DNA from: Lytechinus pictus
Taxonomy: Eukaryota
Direction: 5' to 3'
DNA length: 64,000 nucleotides
Assembly: GCF_037042905.1 (NCBI RefSeq)
Contig: NC_087249.1
Coordinates: 30,690,001 to 30,754,000 of the forward strand
In this document: in pieces, positions 39,404 to 52,730 of the stretch
Layout of the letters: each line of letters starts with the position of its first letter
Position numbering within the stretch: the stretch's first letter is position 1
The notes under the pieces: generated by a model
What the model was told of the DNA's origin: nothing
What the model saw: only the letters and a program-made list of their open reading frames with translations
The model's database searches: none
Position numbers and translations under genes: made by a program

Positions 39404-42400
39404 GGGGGGGGGGGGGCAATTCTGTTTTTATAACATCTCGATTTTTCATTGTTGTGCCCTAACCCCCCATACTAGGTCGCATCGAGTACCATCCTCCTCT
39501 CCCTTGTCACTTTTAGGTCGGCATATCCTCATATCAAAATATCAAGTCGCCGTCCTTGCCCCCCCCCCCCCCCCAGGAAAAAAAGAAAAGAAACATGTAG
39601 AAATCGTCACCAAGCTATTTGCACGGTGGCTCCTGAATTTAAACAACATATTAAAACCAGTATTTAATGATAATATTCCAATCAATTTATCTTTATACAG
39701 GTTTACATCTCACTTTGTGGGTAGAAGATGATGAATACATGGGGTTTCTATCACCGTATCGGGGGGCAAAGGTCACCATTCATCCTCAAAATATACTTCC
39801 GCTTCCTGAAGATGAGGGGATCAATGTTGCGACTGGAATGGCGACATCTATAGGCCTTCGAGAGGTTAGTTCACTCTATAAAAGTTGTCTCGTGACATTT
39901 GGGCCTAGATCTCATTCTGAAGGGGATCATATACAGCTTCTCTGTTTTGTTTGGGGTTCTTTGAATAGTTATTGGCAGTACTGTGTACGTAAAACAGGAG
40001 TAAAAAGAATAAACTTTTATTTTCAAAATCCGGCATGCTAAATTGCTGATAAACGTAGATTCTTGAAGGGTCTTTGGAATGGGAACCAGTCATTATGTTT
40101 CCCAATCACTGTAACATGGATTTTACATTAACATAATATCAATATTATTTTGTATAATAAGGAGGTTCAACGTTTCACTTAACATAATGAATATGTCTGG
40201 TCCAGTAAACAAACCCTGTGGTACACCAGCTGGTACAAAGTACCAAAAAATATGATAATTGACGTTAAAACAGAGGAATGATTCGAAAAAATAAAGATAG
40301 AGACTCAGAATTGAATAAAAATATATATTTATGATTTTGAAAAGACTGGTTATATTTTTGATTTTCTTTCTTCTTTTTGTTTTATCTACCAGGAGGTCGT
40401 AAAGCGTTTACACGAGATGACGAGTTGCGTAGAAGAAAATGGCGAAGGCACAAACTTCACAGTAAGGAACAACAGCTCCAGTTATACCGTTGCGTACTGC
40501 CTTAAGTTGTGTTTTCAACAGAGCTTGATCAACAGATGTGGCTGTGTAGATGGAATCCTTCTAAATTATACTCATTGCGATGTCCTTAACACTACTCAAC
40601 GTAAGCCCAGACTAAATTGTCATAGGCAAATATAATTATAGTATAGTTAGTTTAGAAGAAATTCTTTATATTTCCAAAAGGACCTGCATTCCTAGCTGTA
40701 ATAGTCCAATAAAAAAAGAATCATTATGCTAATCATGGTGAAACCTAGTCAAAGTGTTCGCCCTTATCAATAAACCTGGGATATTAAGATTCATTATGTT
40801 CCACGCTGTGATAGCGTTTGGAATATAGTTTGTATTTTGTGTATGCCATTCTTAAATATGATTGAGTAAGTTGAAATTGGATTTAAACTTGAATTTAATC
40901 AAATTGAAAGTAAAATCAGTGTAAAATTTTTGTTAATGTCTACTTCGATTGCTCTTTCTCATTGCCTTTACTGTTGAACAAAATCTAAGTGATTCATTGT
41001 GACATTAGTTTAAAAAAAATAATTCTATAACAAGGTAAACGTTTTAAAAAAACTTCCACAATTTAGATAAATTTGTAATCTTACAAATCGCTTAATTAAA
41101 CTCTGAAATGAAATCTAACAATGACTGAGGCCCTTTTTTCATCTCTGTCAAAATACAAATTACATCTACGGATCTGTCAAAATTGCAATCACTGCAATTT
41201 ACATAAAAATATCTCGGAAGCTCTGTAATTTTCGTAAAATAAAATGTAAATGATATTTTTGTGTATTTGCTCTTCCAATTTTCTCCGTTTTTTACTCAAA
41301 TTGAGCTGCACTTGACTTGTTAAGCGACAGACACCCCCTGAAAATAAGCCACCATGCTTTGACATTAGGAGGCGCAATAGCTCAGTCGGGTATACAGAGC
41401 GGGGGTGTCGGTTTCTGGTGACCCGGGTTCGATTCCTATATACTTGGTGCGCTAGTGCCCTTTGGTAATTTACCAGGTCCCTCGTCCATCGCGTCGGTCC
41501 TGTGGTTGCTTGCTAATACCTCGGTCACATTTGCTCTACGGCGACCGTACGGCGAGTCGAATACAGCCATAATTATTCATTTTTATTCAAACCGACTATA
41601 TGCAGCTATTACAAAAGAAAATGTTAAAACGGCTGACTCGCCGTACGGCCGCTGTAGATCAGATCTGACCGAGATATTACTAGCATCCATGCTCTCTCAG
41701 CAATCAGGAACCATTGACCATATAAAGATTGATATTTGGTTCTTTTTTTTTCTTCGGATAGGAAATTGTCTATCCAATGTACATGAACTCTACATTAACA
41801 ACAATCTGGACTGCTACTGCCCTCTACCGTGCCAGTGAGTCTCATCATTTAGTGCTTCAGTCACACCGACGAAACCGATCAAAAATTATTACGTTATTAC
41901 CGATGAAACAGTCGGTCTGGAGTAGATGTGACTGCGACAAAACGATTGTATGCATATTAGTGGCGGATCCAGGATTTTCCAAAAGAGGGGCAAAAACAAC
42001 TCGATCAAATTGACTAGACCAGTAGTCAGCTGGGTGCAACTGATATGTCTAGTCGCACTTCTGAATTATATTCTAGTCAGAAATAACTCTATTCTAGTAA
42101 AATACTACAAGAAAACAGTCACATATGACTGGAATAACAGTTGCACCCAGCTGACCCTATTAACTAGTCATTTTTGACTGATTTGTTTTTGAGAGTGTTT
42201 GTTTTTGTTTCGATAAAAAAGTGACAACCTCCCCCCTCCCCCCCCAAAAAAAAAAAAGTTTATTCCCATTTTCGTATGCACATTCTCCCCACAAAAGGGG
42301 GGGAAAAAATGTGTCTCTCAAACGATGGGGGCAAGGGCCGGATGTGCCCCCCCCCCCCCACACCGACCAGGATCCACCACTAAGCACATAACGGGAGTCA

Positions 42401-43969
42401 TGATCGATGAAAAATAAAAAGTATTGTATGACAATGATTAATCTAAAGTTAAGTTAAAGACAGTAAATTTTAAAAGTCAGTATTATTGATGTTGATTTTC
42501 ATAAATACGATGGTGAGGATAACGATCATAGGTGTCTTGATGATCGTTGTAATTTATGGTGTGATGTTGTGTTGTATATTTCATTTACACTATTTCTCTT
42601 CGATGTTATTTGTGTATTTTTTACAGACCGCTGTAGCTTTAAAACACCTAGTAGTATAATCTAGGCATTCTTTTCAACCAAAATGAAGTTGCCCGATAGA
42701 GATATAAAAAAAATATTCACGCGTAATAAATTTTCAAGTATTAATTTTTTCATCCAAATTGCATAATTATCGTACTGATTTTAAGAATGATAGTAAACCG
42801 CTCGTGAGCATAATCCCTAAGAAAGAAATGCTTAATTTTGTTCTTTCCTCATTTTCAAAAGTATAATTTTTTTTTGTCGTATCGCGACCAGGGAAAGAAA
42901 CTTCAAGAAAACTATATCATCCATTGACTGGCCGTCAGACAGATACGTGGTAAGCAAACCGTTCAATATACTTGTGTGGTGTGAATTACTGAAAACCTCC
43001 AACAACAAAAGTTATTATTATTGTGATGATAATAACGATTATGAAAATGGACAATAATATTTCAATGATATGAGTTATGAAAGATACTAGTGGTTAGGTT
43101 AAAATAATGAAATCAATGTATCAATAGGCTAAATAATAATAATGATAATTTTGATTACCATCATCATCACCATCATGATCATAATCATCATCATTATCAC
43201 CAAAATCATCATCGACACTACTGCTGCTACTACTAGTAGTACTACTACTTCTACTATTACTACTACTACAACAACAACTACTACTACTATTATTATTATT
43301 TGTTTTGGCGTCACCTGTGCCTGGGAGGCGAAAAGCGATCTGAATCACTATGACCCGCAGGTCTCTCCTCCCGATATAACTGATTGGGGGGAATGCAGGT
43401 GGACCACTACACCGGGGTTTCCCCCTACTCTTATACGAATAGTGATGTGGGTTCTTAACGTGCAAAGGTGGTTACTCTCCTCTACACGGGGCCTCCATTT
43501 AACGTCTTATCCGAGGGACGGAGTGTTTTCCATTGTAACATAGCCTGCATCTATGAAACATGGGAGAGACGTTTACACACAACGCACTGGCTTCAGTCAT
43601 CCGCCCGGGGTGGACTCGAACCCACGATCTTTGGTTCGACGGGCAGACGCGTTACCGACTAAGCCAACACCGCTCTCGATGGACTACTACTACTTCTACT
43701 ACTACTACTACACTCTAAAAATATGGGGTAAAAATGCTCCTTGAGGGTAATTATGTGTCCAACCAACAATGGGCATTTCTTTTGAGCATTTTTATTTATC
43801 CATTGTGATGAAAAGTTTGCCCATTCTAAAGTAATTGCTGCTTATTCTTTTAATCTTACTGGACAATATGCTTCACGCATTCGGTAAAATACTGCCCCAA
43901 ATTGGTTGGACACATAATTACCCTCGTGCTGGTTGAAATTTTACCAAATATTTTTTTACAGTGTACTGT

Positions 43970-44010
<41 letters not shown>

Positions 44011-47000
44011 ATAATAATAATGATAAAACAAACTAATGGAAACATGATATGATGATAATAGATATTATTTCATCAATGTCCTGTATAGAGTACCGAAGCG
44101 ATGACGTCAGTTGCCATGGTGCCATGAAGGTCTGGATCTACTGACAAAATGAACCCGCCGAATGAAAGCGTGCGTTCCTCATAGGAGAAATGGCTGCTAT
44201 CGCAATTTGATCGCTTGCAACCTAGTTTTCAGACGAGCCAGTTTCAAATACAAATGTGTACAGACGATCGTCAGCTGCGACTCTGTTTAGAACCAGCCCG
44301 CCATGACACTATGGCAACTGACGTCACACTTCGGTTCTCTATTCCTCTGAACAGTACTAAAAATGAATATTCCTGCCAATCATGCATGCTGCCAATCATT
44401 CCACTTGGGTCGAGTGCAGTACAAAACGGATCAATATCTTATTTCAGAAAATGTGGGATTTCATAGGAAACACCTTCATCATTTATGTAAATAGATGTAT
44501 TGTATAATCACTATTTCATTGTGTTTTGTAATTTCTTTCGTTGCATTTAAGGACCATCTGACCACCAGATTTACCGGACATCCTGATATAAGACGAACGC
44601 TGATAGAAGATGAAGGAAGAGCGAAGTACGTTATGATTTTATGACTTTATGTACCCCCCCCCCCTTCAATATTAAATGCTTTATGCTTTTCGATATGATA
44701 TAATATTGTAAATTCAATCCTGATACCAGCAATCCCCAAGCCATGCCGGTTAGGCAGATGAGTGAAAATATGGCAAATTTCCCCCTATACACCCTCCCCA
44801 CACTTGAGTGATGTAATGGTTTACTTCTTTTTAATGAATATCAATCAAATCTATACTGTTTCTTGCAAAGAAAAAATTATTTGTGTATGTATGTGTTTTA
44901 TTCCATGAGGCGCAATCTTTAATATCCGTTTTCATCATTCAGAGAAACCGTCAATGACCATGTCGAGTAAAGTATACTTAAAAATGTATGCACCCAACGT
45001 TGGAAATGCTGAAGAAACGGTCGGTATGGCAAAATATCTAACATAAAAAAATTAATGTTGGTTATTTGTATTTCTCAGGCGAAATCTTATACGTCTTCAG
45101 ATATACTATGAAACCCTTAATAACGAGGTCGTGGTGCAAGTGCCGAGATACTCTGTAAGTATACCGAATAGACAAAATTATTTTTATTTACTATGGGACG
45201 ATTTACTTGTTGGTTATACAGGCCCCCCCCCCCTTTCTTTGATGTGTAATCCGTACACCATACATTATATGCATGTTACATGTATATATAAAATACAAAT
45301 TCCTCTCTGTCGAAGAAATCACTGTTTGGGAGAAACAAACTTTGCCACCCTATAGTATAGGAATTCATAAATGATAGAATAACTACATGTAGATTACTCG
45401 ATGAATAGATGATTGGAAAGATATCTCGCACAATTCCTTTTGTTTGATGACTAAATTTTGTTCGTCTCTCTTTCTCTAGTTTTTTTTGTGTGCACCTCTC
45501 TCTTATGAGGTGTGTCCAGATTTGCATTTCATTTATGCTCTGTGTTTCATTCCACTCTTACCTTGATTTGGTGAGTTAGATCCACTGTTATATTCACATG
45601 CAAGAATTTGTCTAGCAGAAACATGACTGTTGCTACCTCTACTGTATGTTTTACACCTGTCGATCCGATGTCATGACAGTTCATGTGATGCATTCATATA
45701 TAAATTAAACAATGATTGGTGTATTGAGGAGGTCTATGTTGTTAGTAACGTCCAGGACATGCACTTAACTCGTTAGTAACTGCATTCTTAATAGCTGTAT
45801 TTATTTATTTATTTATCAATACATTAACAGCTTGCTCACTGTGTCGACCTCAACCAAATACCAGACTTTTTGGTTTTGTATTGTATTATTGATTATATTC
45901 TCGTGCGCATCCTTATTCATTATTTATTCATTATATCCTCAGGCGTGTACTCTCTTGATAATTTTCTTTCTGTTCCCTTTCAGGAACAAATTGTAGTTAA
46001 TTGCTTTTTTTAGTGATCCAGACTGTCTCCAAGTAGGCAACACTCCTAGCAATTTCTCCTTTAGCCAGCCACCCCTCCCCCTTTTATGTGTTTGTTTTCA
46101 TCCATGAATATGCACCAGATTTTGTCTTTAACCTTAAGAACTATCTTTTCTTTTTTTACTTTGATGTATTGTCCTTATCGTGTCTTTATGTGTCCATCCC
46201 ATATTAGTCCAGGATAGGCCCCATAGACAAGGGGTCGAACCTTGTTTTTTTAGATATACAATGTTTTTTGATGGTTTCTTGTCAATTCGAGGGTGCTGAT
46301 TCCGAATCTGAATGATGCCACTCTTGTAACCTTGAGCATTTTCCGCAAATGGGCAAAATCCAATATGGCCGCCAAAATATGCAAATTACCCATGAAAATC
46401 ATAAAATTGCCAATACATTTAGCTATAAAATGCATGTAGTTGTTGTGCAGAAGTGAAATACCAATTGGAAAAGCGACATTTGACAAAATATTTATTTTAT
46501 TGATATTCAAAATGGCCGCCATAACCCCTGTATACTTTATTATGTAGAATATGAATGGGGAAAATATTTTTTCAGACAAGAGCACTATTATTGCATGTGA
46601 TTGTGACCTGCGAGTGGACTACTGTCTGAAAACATGACTATTAACAAAACTTTGTCATTTGTATGCTATCTAATGTGATAAATGCTGTATTATGATATTC
46701 AAAATGGCTGTCATAGACCCCTTATACTGTGTACAATATATAAAAGGGGACAAATGATTTTCACAACCTTTGAATTTGTTTGACTTTAAAATGCCAATAA
46801 CTGCGAAATATTGGTGTAACACTGTCTGACAACAAGAATTTCTAACGAAACATATCATTTCCCTTGCAATTTCGGTAATTATGCTGCATGTTGACATTCA
46901 AAATCTGTATTATGAACAAAGCGAATGAAGAAACTAATTTTCACAAGAGTAAAAATAATAAAATGAATGTAATTGTAATCTATACGAGTTAAATATTGTC

Positions 47001-50000
47001 TAAACACATGAGTTCTGGCGAAACATATCATTTCATTTTTCATGTATGAGATAAATGCTGTATTGTAAAATTCAAAATGGCCCCTATGGGCCCTTACAGT
47101 ATTATCTACAATGTAAATGGGGACAAATACTTTTGAAAGAATTAGGATTTGCCTGACTATGAAATCCATATAATTCTGTTGTATAAGGAAAATATTGTTT
47201 GAAAACGTGATTTTTTTAATGAAATATATCATTTCCTCTCCCATAGGTGATAAATACTGTATTTTGACTTTCATAACGGTCGCACAAGCCCCTACAAATT
47301 CTGTAACATGCGTATAGGGAAACTAATCAACACCAGAATGAGAACCACAAACGCACGTAACTGTGTGATGTATAGGTAAAATTTGGTCTTGAACATGATT
47401 TCTGACTAAATACATCACATAATGGTTGAGAAGGTAATAAAGGCCTTACTTTGAAATTCAAAATTGCTGCCATAGCCCAAAGTAGTATGTACATTGTAAC
47501 TGGGGACAGATAATTTTGACAAAATTGTTACTATGAAAATGGCTTAATTTTGATGTAAGTGTTAAGTATTGTATAAACCCAATGATTTCTAACGAAATAT
47601 ATCATAGCTTGTGACATAAAGGTGATGAATGCAGCCTTTTAAAAATGAAAAATGGCCGCCATAGTCCCTTAACTTAATATGTAAAATTTGAATGGGGAAA
47701 GATAATTTCCACAAAGAAACATATTGCAGCCATTTTGAAATTTAAATATATCATTTATCACCTAAATAACATAAGAAATGATCTATTTAGTTACAAAATC
47801 ATATTTTCATACGATATTTCACTCATACATGCAACACCATTTAGTCAAGCAAAGCCAAATTCTGTTAAAATTATATGTTCCCATTCACAAAGTACATAAT
47901 AGGCCTACCGTTAGGGCCTGTAGCGGCCATTTTGACTTTCAAAATACATTATTTATCACCTACCTGGCAGAATGAATGATATATCTTGTTAGGAATTATG
48001 TTTTCAGACAATATTTTACTTTTAAATCACAATTATATGCATGTTATGGTGCTGACTCATGTGAAAATTGGTTTCCCAGATCGATTGTACATAATACAGT
48101 CAATGTCTTTTGGCGGCCATTTTGAAAGTCAAAATACAATATTTAACACAAAATATGAAACCCGAATAATATATTTCGTTGCAAATTATATTTGAAGACA
48201 GTATTCCACTAATTTACCACAAAAAAATACGTTTTAGTGCTCACCTTGTGATTGTTTTTGTCCTCTCTCACATCGTAGATCATAATTTTAGGGCCTTTGG
48301 CGGTCATATTAAATATCAAAATACAGGGTTTATCATATACATGGGATGTTAAATAATAAACTTCGTTAACAATAATGTTTTTAGTCAGTATTCCACACGT
48401 TTATCTCAACAAAATGCATTTTAGTGCTCACTCTTGTGATTTTTTTGTGTCACCATTCACATTGTACATAATAGTGTTAGGGCTTTTGAAGGCCATTTTG
48501 AATATCAAAATACAGGATTTATCACATAACTGACATAACAAATGATATATATCGTTAGCAATCATGTTTACAGACATTGCTTCACTCAAAGATCATAATT
48601 ACTTGCATTTCAGTGCTCAATTTTGTAAATTAATTTTCCACATTCATATTGTACAGGGGTCTATGATGGCGGCCATTTTGATATCAAGAAAATAAATATT
48701 TTGACAAAAATCGTTTTTTCAGATATTATTTCTCTCCGGCAGCACAATTGCATGTACTTTAAAGCCAATATGTGGACAATTTTATGATTTTCATGGGTAA
48801 TTTGAATATTTTGGCGGCCATATTGGATTTTGCCAATTTGCAGAAAATGCTCAAGGTTACACGAGTGGCATCATTCAGATTCGGAATCAGCACCCTCGAA
48901 TTGACAAGAAACCATAAAAAAACATTGTATATATAAAAAAACAAGGTTCGACCCCTTCTATCCTGGACTAATATTTTCCTTCTTTCTCTGTCAACATGGT
49001 CAACGGGAGTCTTGTATCATGTTTTTTCCACTTTCACACCTAAGGAGCAACTCGATTCTCAACCTACACCATGGCTAGGATGAACACATTCTCATCCCAG
49101 TCTTTAGAGCATGGTGAAGCTATTAATAACCATTCCTTCTTGTTACAGCACAGGTCTGACGACCGCCCTCTTGCGAATGATGACCTACTTGATACACATA
49201 CAACTGATCGATTAAATCAACAAACACCAGAATATCATTATCATATTGACCCTAACGACACTCTTAAAATACCATCAACATCCAAATATTTCACTTTAAA
49301 TCAATTTCTTCAAAGCTGCTCACATAACAATGAAACCTTCTCCATTATTCATATCAATATCAGAAGCATCAACACAAATTTTGATCAACTCCAAAACATG
49401 ATCGAAAACACTCAACTAAATTTATCTGTGATAGGATTGAGCGAAACTTGGTTGCGGAATGAACCCCATCCAATTCATAACCTGGAGGGCTTTCAATTCT
49501 TAAATAACAATAGAAAAGATAAAACTGGTGGAGGCGTAGCTATGTATATTAAAATAAATTTAAATGCCACGACATTATATGACCTGAATATAATGCATCC
49601 ATCATTTGAAAGTCTTTTTGTAGAAATAACCACATCTGAAAAATAAAAATATTATTATTGGTACTGTTTATCGCCCTCCGGGATGTCCCCATGCTGACTT
49701 TATTACATCTTTACAAACCATATTGTCCTTGGTGGCGATGATGTTCGATGATAGCGGTTGTGCCACTATCGTACCTACGGGGGGGGGGGCAGAGGGGCAG
49801 TCTGCCCCCCCCCCCCCTGACGAGCCACCGCCCATGCAAAGCCACCACCCATGCATGTATCCCTGCTCCCCTGACGAGCTTGAAAGACCTTTTTGCCCCC
49901 CTGACGAAAATCCTGGAAAATCCTAGGTACGCCACTGGTTGTGCATGATGGTGATAATGATGATGATGGTGATGATGATGTTTGCGGAGGTGTTTGTCCT

Positions 50001-51639
50001 CTAACATTCTAAGAAATAAAGACTGTTTTATTATGGGGGATTTTAACATAAACCTGCTCAATGCAGAAGAAAGCTCGCTCTGTCAGGATTTCTTAGACTG
50101 CATGTACTCACACTCCTACATCCCACTAATCAATAAACCAACCAGAATAACCAACACATCTGCTAACTCATAGATAACATTTTCACTAATCTAGAAGGGC
50201 AATGCACGTCAGGAATATTATTGTCAGACATACATGACATAAGCGATCACTTCCCGGTTTTCTCACAGATTTCTTTTCACAAACATGTTACCTCACAATA
50301 CACAGCAGGATCTCGCAAAGCAACCCAAGAAAATATGAATAAATTAAAAAATAGTTTAGGACTTTTGGACTGGTCTAATGTCTTGGAATGTCTAGATCAC
50401 CACAACCACCGCCATCACCATCACTATCATACTCGTCATCATCATCATCATTCTTGTAATCACCATCGCCGTCGCCGTCGTCGTCATTGAGGAGTTTTCA
50501 CACATCGACGTACGGAGGATTCAATTACAAAAAAAATGTATTGTCAAATGCACTTACCTTCACAAAGAACAACCAAGAAGTCTTTATCGAAAAAAACAAA
50601 ATGGTGAATCAAAACTGCAGATCAGTCCTTGACTCTGAACAAACGACATATTTGCGATTTTTCGTCAGCTCCGAAACCTACACTGCAAAAACACCGGTGT
50701 TGATTTAACACCAGCCCGGAATCTATATATGTCCACACCAGAGAAGTATTGAAACAACACCAGTTTGGAATCAAACCCATGTTGTTTTAATACTATCACC
50801 ACAACCACCGCCATCACCATCACTATCATACTCGTCATCATCATCATCATCATTGTAATCACCATCGACGTCGCCGTCGTCGTCATTGAGGAGTTTTCAC
50901 ACATCGACGTACGGAGGATTCAATTACAAAAAAATGTATTGTCAAATGCACTTACCTTCACAAAGAACAACCAAGAAGTCTTTATCGAAAAAACAAAATG
51001 GTGAATCAAAACTGCAGATCAGTCCTTGACTCTGAACAAACGACATATTTGCGATTTTTCGTCAGCTCCGAAACCTACACTGCAAAAACACCGGTGTTGA
51101 TTTAACACCAGCCCGGAATCTATATATGTTCACACCAGAGAAGTATTGAAACAACACCAGTTTGGAATCAAACCCATGCTTTTTAATACTAATTGATGTT
51201 GTAGAAGCACCTATCTGGTGTTAGACCGAAACCAAACTGGTGTAATTTAACACTTCTCTGGTGTGGACATATATAGATTCCGGGCTGGTGTTAAATCAAC
51301 ACCGGTGTTTGTGTAGTGTAGGACGAAACTTGCTGTTTCGGTTCACCAATTTTCGACAAAGACCTCCCAGCTGTTCTTTGTCATTTGACGGGCCTTTTCA
51401 ATACATTTACTGTATTATTGAGTCCTTCATACGTCACAGAGCGAAACTCCATATTATCATTATTATCATTTTTCTTCTAGATCCCGAACATCCTTGGTAA
51501 CTGGGGAGGATTGATGGGGCTCTTTACAGGGATGTCGTTCATCAGTGTATTCGAAGTCATCTTCTTACTGCTACGTGTATCCAAGATCTCTTGTGAAAAG
51601 TTGTTATTTCCCAATCGAGTGCAGCCTATTAAAACATGA
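36890..51639 (+). CDS. DEG/ENaC (amiloride-sensitive/ASIC-like) cation channel subunit, 10 coding exons, 508 aa
   Basis: Exons 36890-37284, 37863-38075, 38718-38824, 39701-39864, 40393-40600, 41762-41834, 42892-42949, 44552-44625, 45079-45154, 51481-51639 (1527 nt, all phases match). Motifs TTVHG, TM1, FPAVTVCN, YGNCFTFN, GLHLTL, Cys-rich thumb (CLKLC..RCGC..CYCPLPC), WPS, and TM2 LGNWGGLMGLFTGMSFISVFE. Confidence 0.93.
39007..39238. mobile_element. Palindromic CACT-ended MITE (EnSpm/CACTA-like)
   Basis: cactctaaattacagggatttaaaa...ttttaaatccctgtaatttagagtg; near whole-length inverted repeat; TA TSD. Confidence 0.75.
41368..41720 (+). mobile_element. tRNA-derived SINE interrupted by a Harbinger-type MITE (41517-41676)
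   Basis: A box tagctcagtcgg and B box ggttcgattcc, followed by non-tRNA body sequence. Confidence 0.65.
41958..42382. mobile_element. hAT-type MITE with a nested palindromic MITE (~42012-42170)
   Basis: tagtggcggatcc...ggatccaccacta termini. The inner element has gactag..gtcagctgggtgcaactg / cagttgcacccagctgac..ctagtc inverted repeats. Confidence 0.65.
43288..43675 (-). mobile_element. tRNA-derived SINE with (AAT)n tail
   Basis: The minus strand begins gagcggtgttggcttagtcggt (A box) ... ggttcgagtcc (B box), has a ~300-bp body, and ends in a simple-repeat tail. Confidence 0.75.
43711..43963. mobile_element. CACT-ended MITE (same family at 54448-54696)
   Basis: cactctaaaaatat...atatttttttacagtg with TA TSD; internal similarity to 54448-54696. 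Confidence 0.75.
44086..44342. mobile_element. Unclassified MITE
   Basis: ~40-bp TIR atagagtaccgaagcgatgacgtcagttgccat / atggcaactgacgtcacacttcggttctctat. Confidence 0.65.
46205..48970. mobile_element. Non-autonomous Academ-like DNA transposon with long TIRs and inverted arrays of subterminal motifs
   Basis: TAG...CTA termini, 4-bp TSD ATAT, >300-bp imperfect TIR. aaaatggccgcc motifs in the left half flip to ggcggccatttt in the right half at about 47700. Confidence 0.75.
49071..50395 (+). mobile_element. Degraded LINE (CR1/L2-like) ORF2 apurinic-endonuclease domain, 3'-truncated
   Basis: Motifs HINIRS, IGLSETW, GGGVAMY, GTVYRPP, IMGDFN, PTR, IDNIF, SDHFPVF in the expected order, broken by stops, frameshifts and an insertion. 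No RT domain follows. Confidence 0.88.
50397..51190. repeat. ~398-bp tandem duplication whose boundary falls inside a CACT-ended MITE (complete MITE at 51078-51318)
   Basis: 50397-50794 is repeated at 50795-51190. MITE TIR cactgcaaaaacaccggtgttgatttaacaccagcccggaatc with TA TSD. Confidence 0.85.
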
Positions 51640-51910
51640 TTGATATCTGAGGTTGGGTTATAAAAGTATTTCTGGAAAATTGTACGTGTTAATATTAATT
51701 GTTATTCTAGCAATATGAGGATAGTGCAACCCGTATGAGGAACATATTAGAGGGAAAGTTTAGCAAGTTTACTTAATGTATTATTTATATTCAGTATGTG
51801 TAACAGATGCGAAGTTCCAATCAAGATCTACTATTTGGGATGCTCTGAACTCTTACACACTTTTAAGAAGCAAATTTAATCTAATATGTTTTAGGGGATT
51901 CACGTTATAA

Positions 51911-52002
51911 CACTGTAAAAAATGAAGTGCTAATTTAGCACTTACAGTGCTTGTATAGTGACTGCACTGTAAGTGCTAAATTAGCACATCATTTTTACAG
52001 TG
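51911..52002. mobile_element. Short palindromic CACTGTAAAA MITE
   Basis: ~40-bp inverted repeat; AA 2-bp TSD. Confidence 0.7.
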
Positions 52003-52568
52003 AATACTTGTTACGATGTTACAGTTATATAGGTGTATCTTGAAACACACATGTTGTATTATATATTCTTACATAATTTCTGTTTTTTGTAATATATTCA
52101 TTTAAAAAAGAGATAGAGGATTTAAAAAAAATAATTGCTTGCGTATTTCTTTTACAAAACTAAATCAAACAAATACTAAATGTGTGTATGATTACCGGCT
52201 CTGTTTTATTAGTTGCCGTAGGAAATGTAACACTGACATCGGAGAATTAAAAAATACAGTATATATGAAAAAAAATAGATTCCCTAATTATTTTATGCTT
52301 GTAAACCCTTCATTTTATCCCAATGACACCCTGAAAAAACAATGATCATAAACTTTTGAAAGCAATGTATGATCGATTACACCAATGACATGACACTTTA
52401 TATGTATCCTGTCATAGAGACGTTTGTTTTATGCAGACAAGCAAAATACGATTGGAACTTTCTCTAGTGTTTTTCGCTTCTTCCCTATTATAAGCCGTAA
52501 AGCAAATATTCCTGTCCATTTCAACAATTGATCAACTTCCAGACATTTCTACATTATTCAGAACATCA

Positions 52569-52730
52569 GGGGCCCGTTTCACAAAGACATACAACTATGT
52601 TAACTCTGCTATTATTCTAATTACTATGGAAAGCTTGATTGTGATTGACGATTGAGCGCTGTGACCATGGTAGTTGTCATCCATAATGGTAAAGTTAGAA
52701 TAGTTGTATCTCTTTATGAAACGGGCCCCC
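52569..52730. mobile_element. MITE with ggggcccgtttca TIRs (related elements at ~52920-53010 and ~60330-60483)
   Basis: ggggcccgtttcacaaaga / tctttatgaaacgggcccc termini. Confidence 0.6.

Noticed and set aside
43121-43543. Thr/Ile/Ser/Val-rich ORFs resembling mucin or membrane proteins
   Set aside because: They are trinucleotide microsatellite plus SINE sequence within an intron.
41368-43675. Genuine tRNA genes at 41368 and 43600-43675
   Set aside because: The A/B boxes are followed by SINE body and tail, and the cloverleafs are imperfect.
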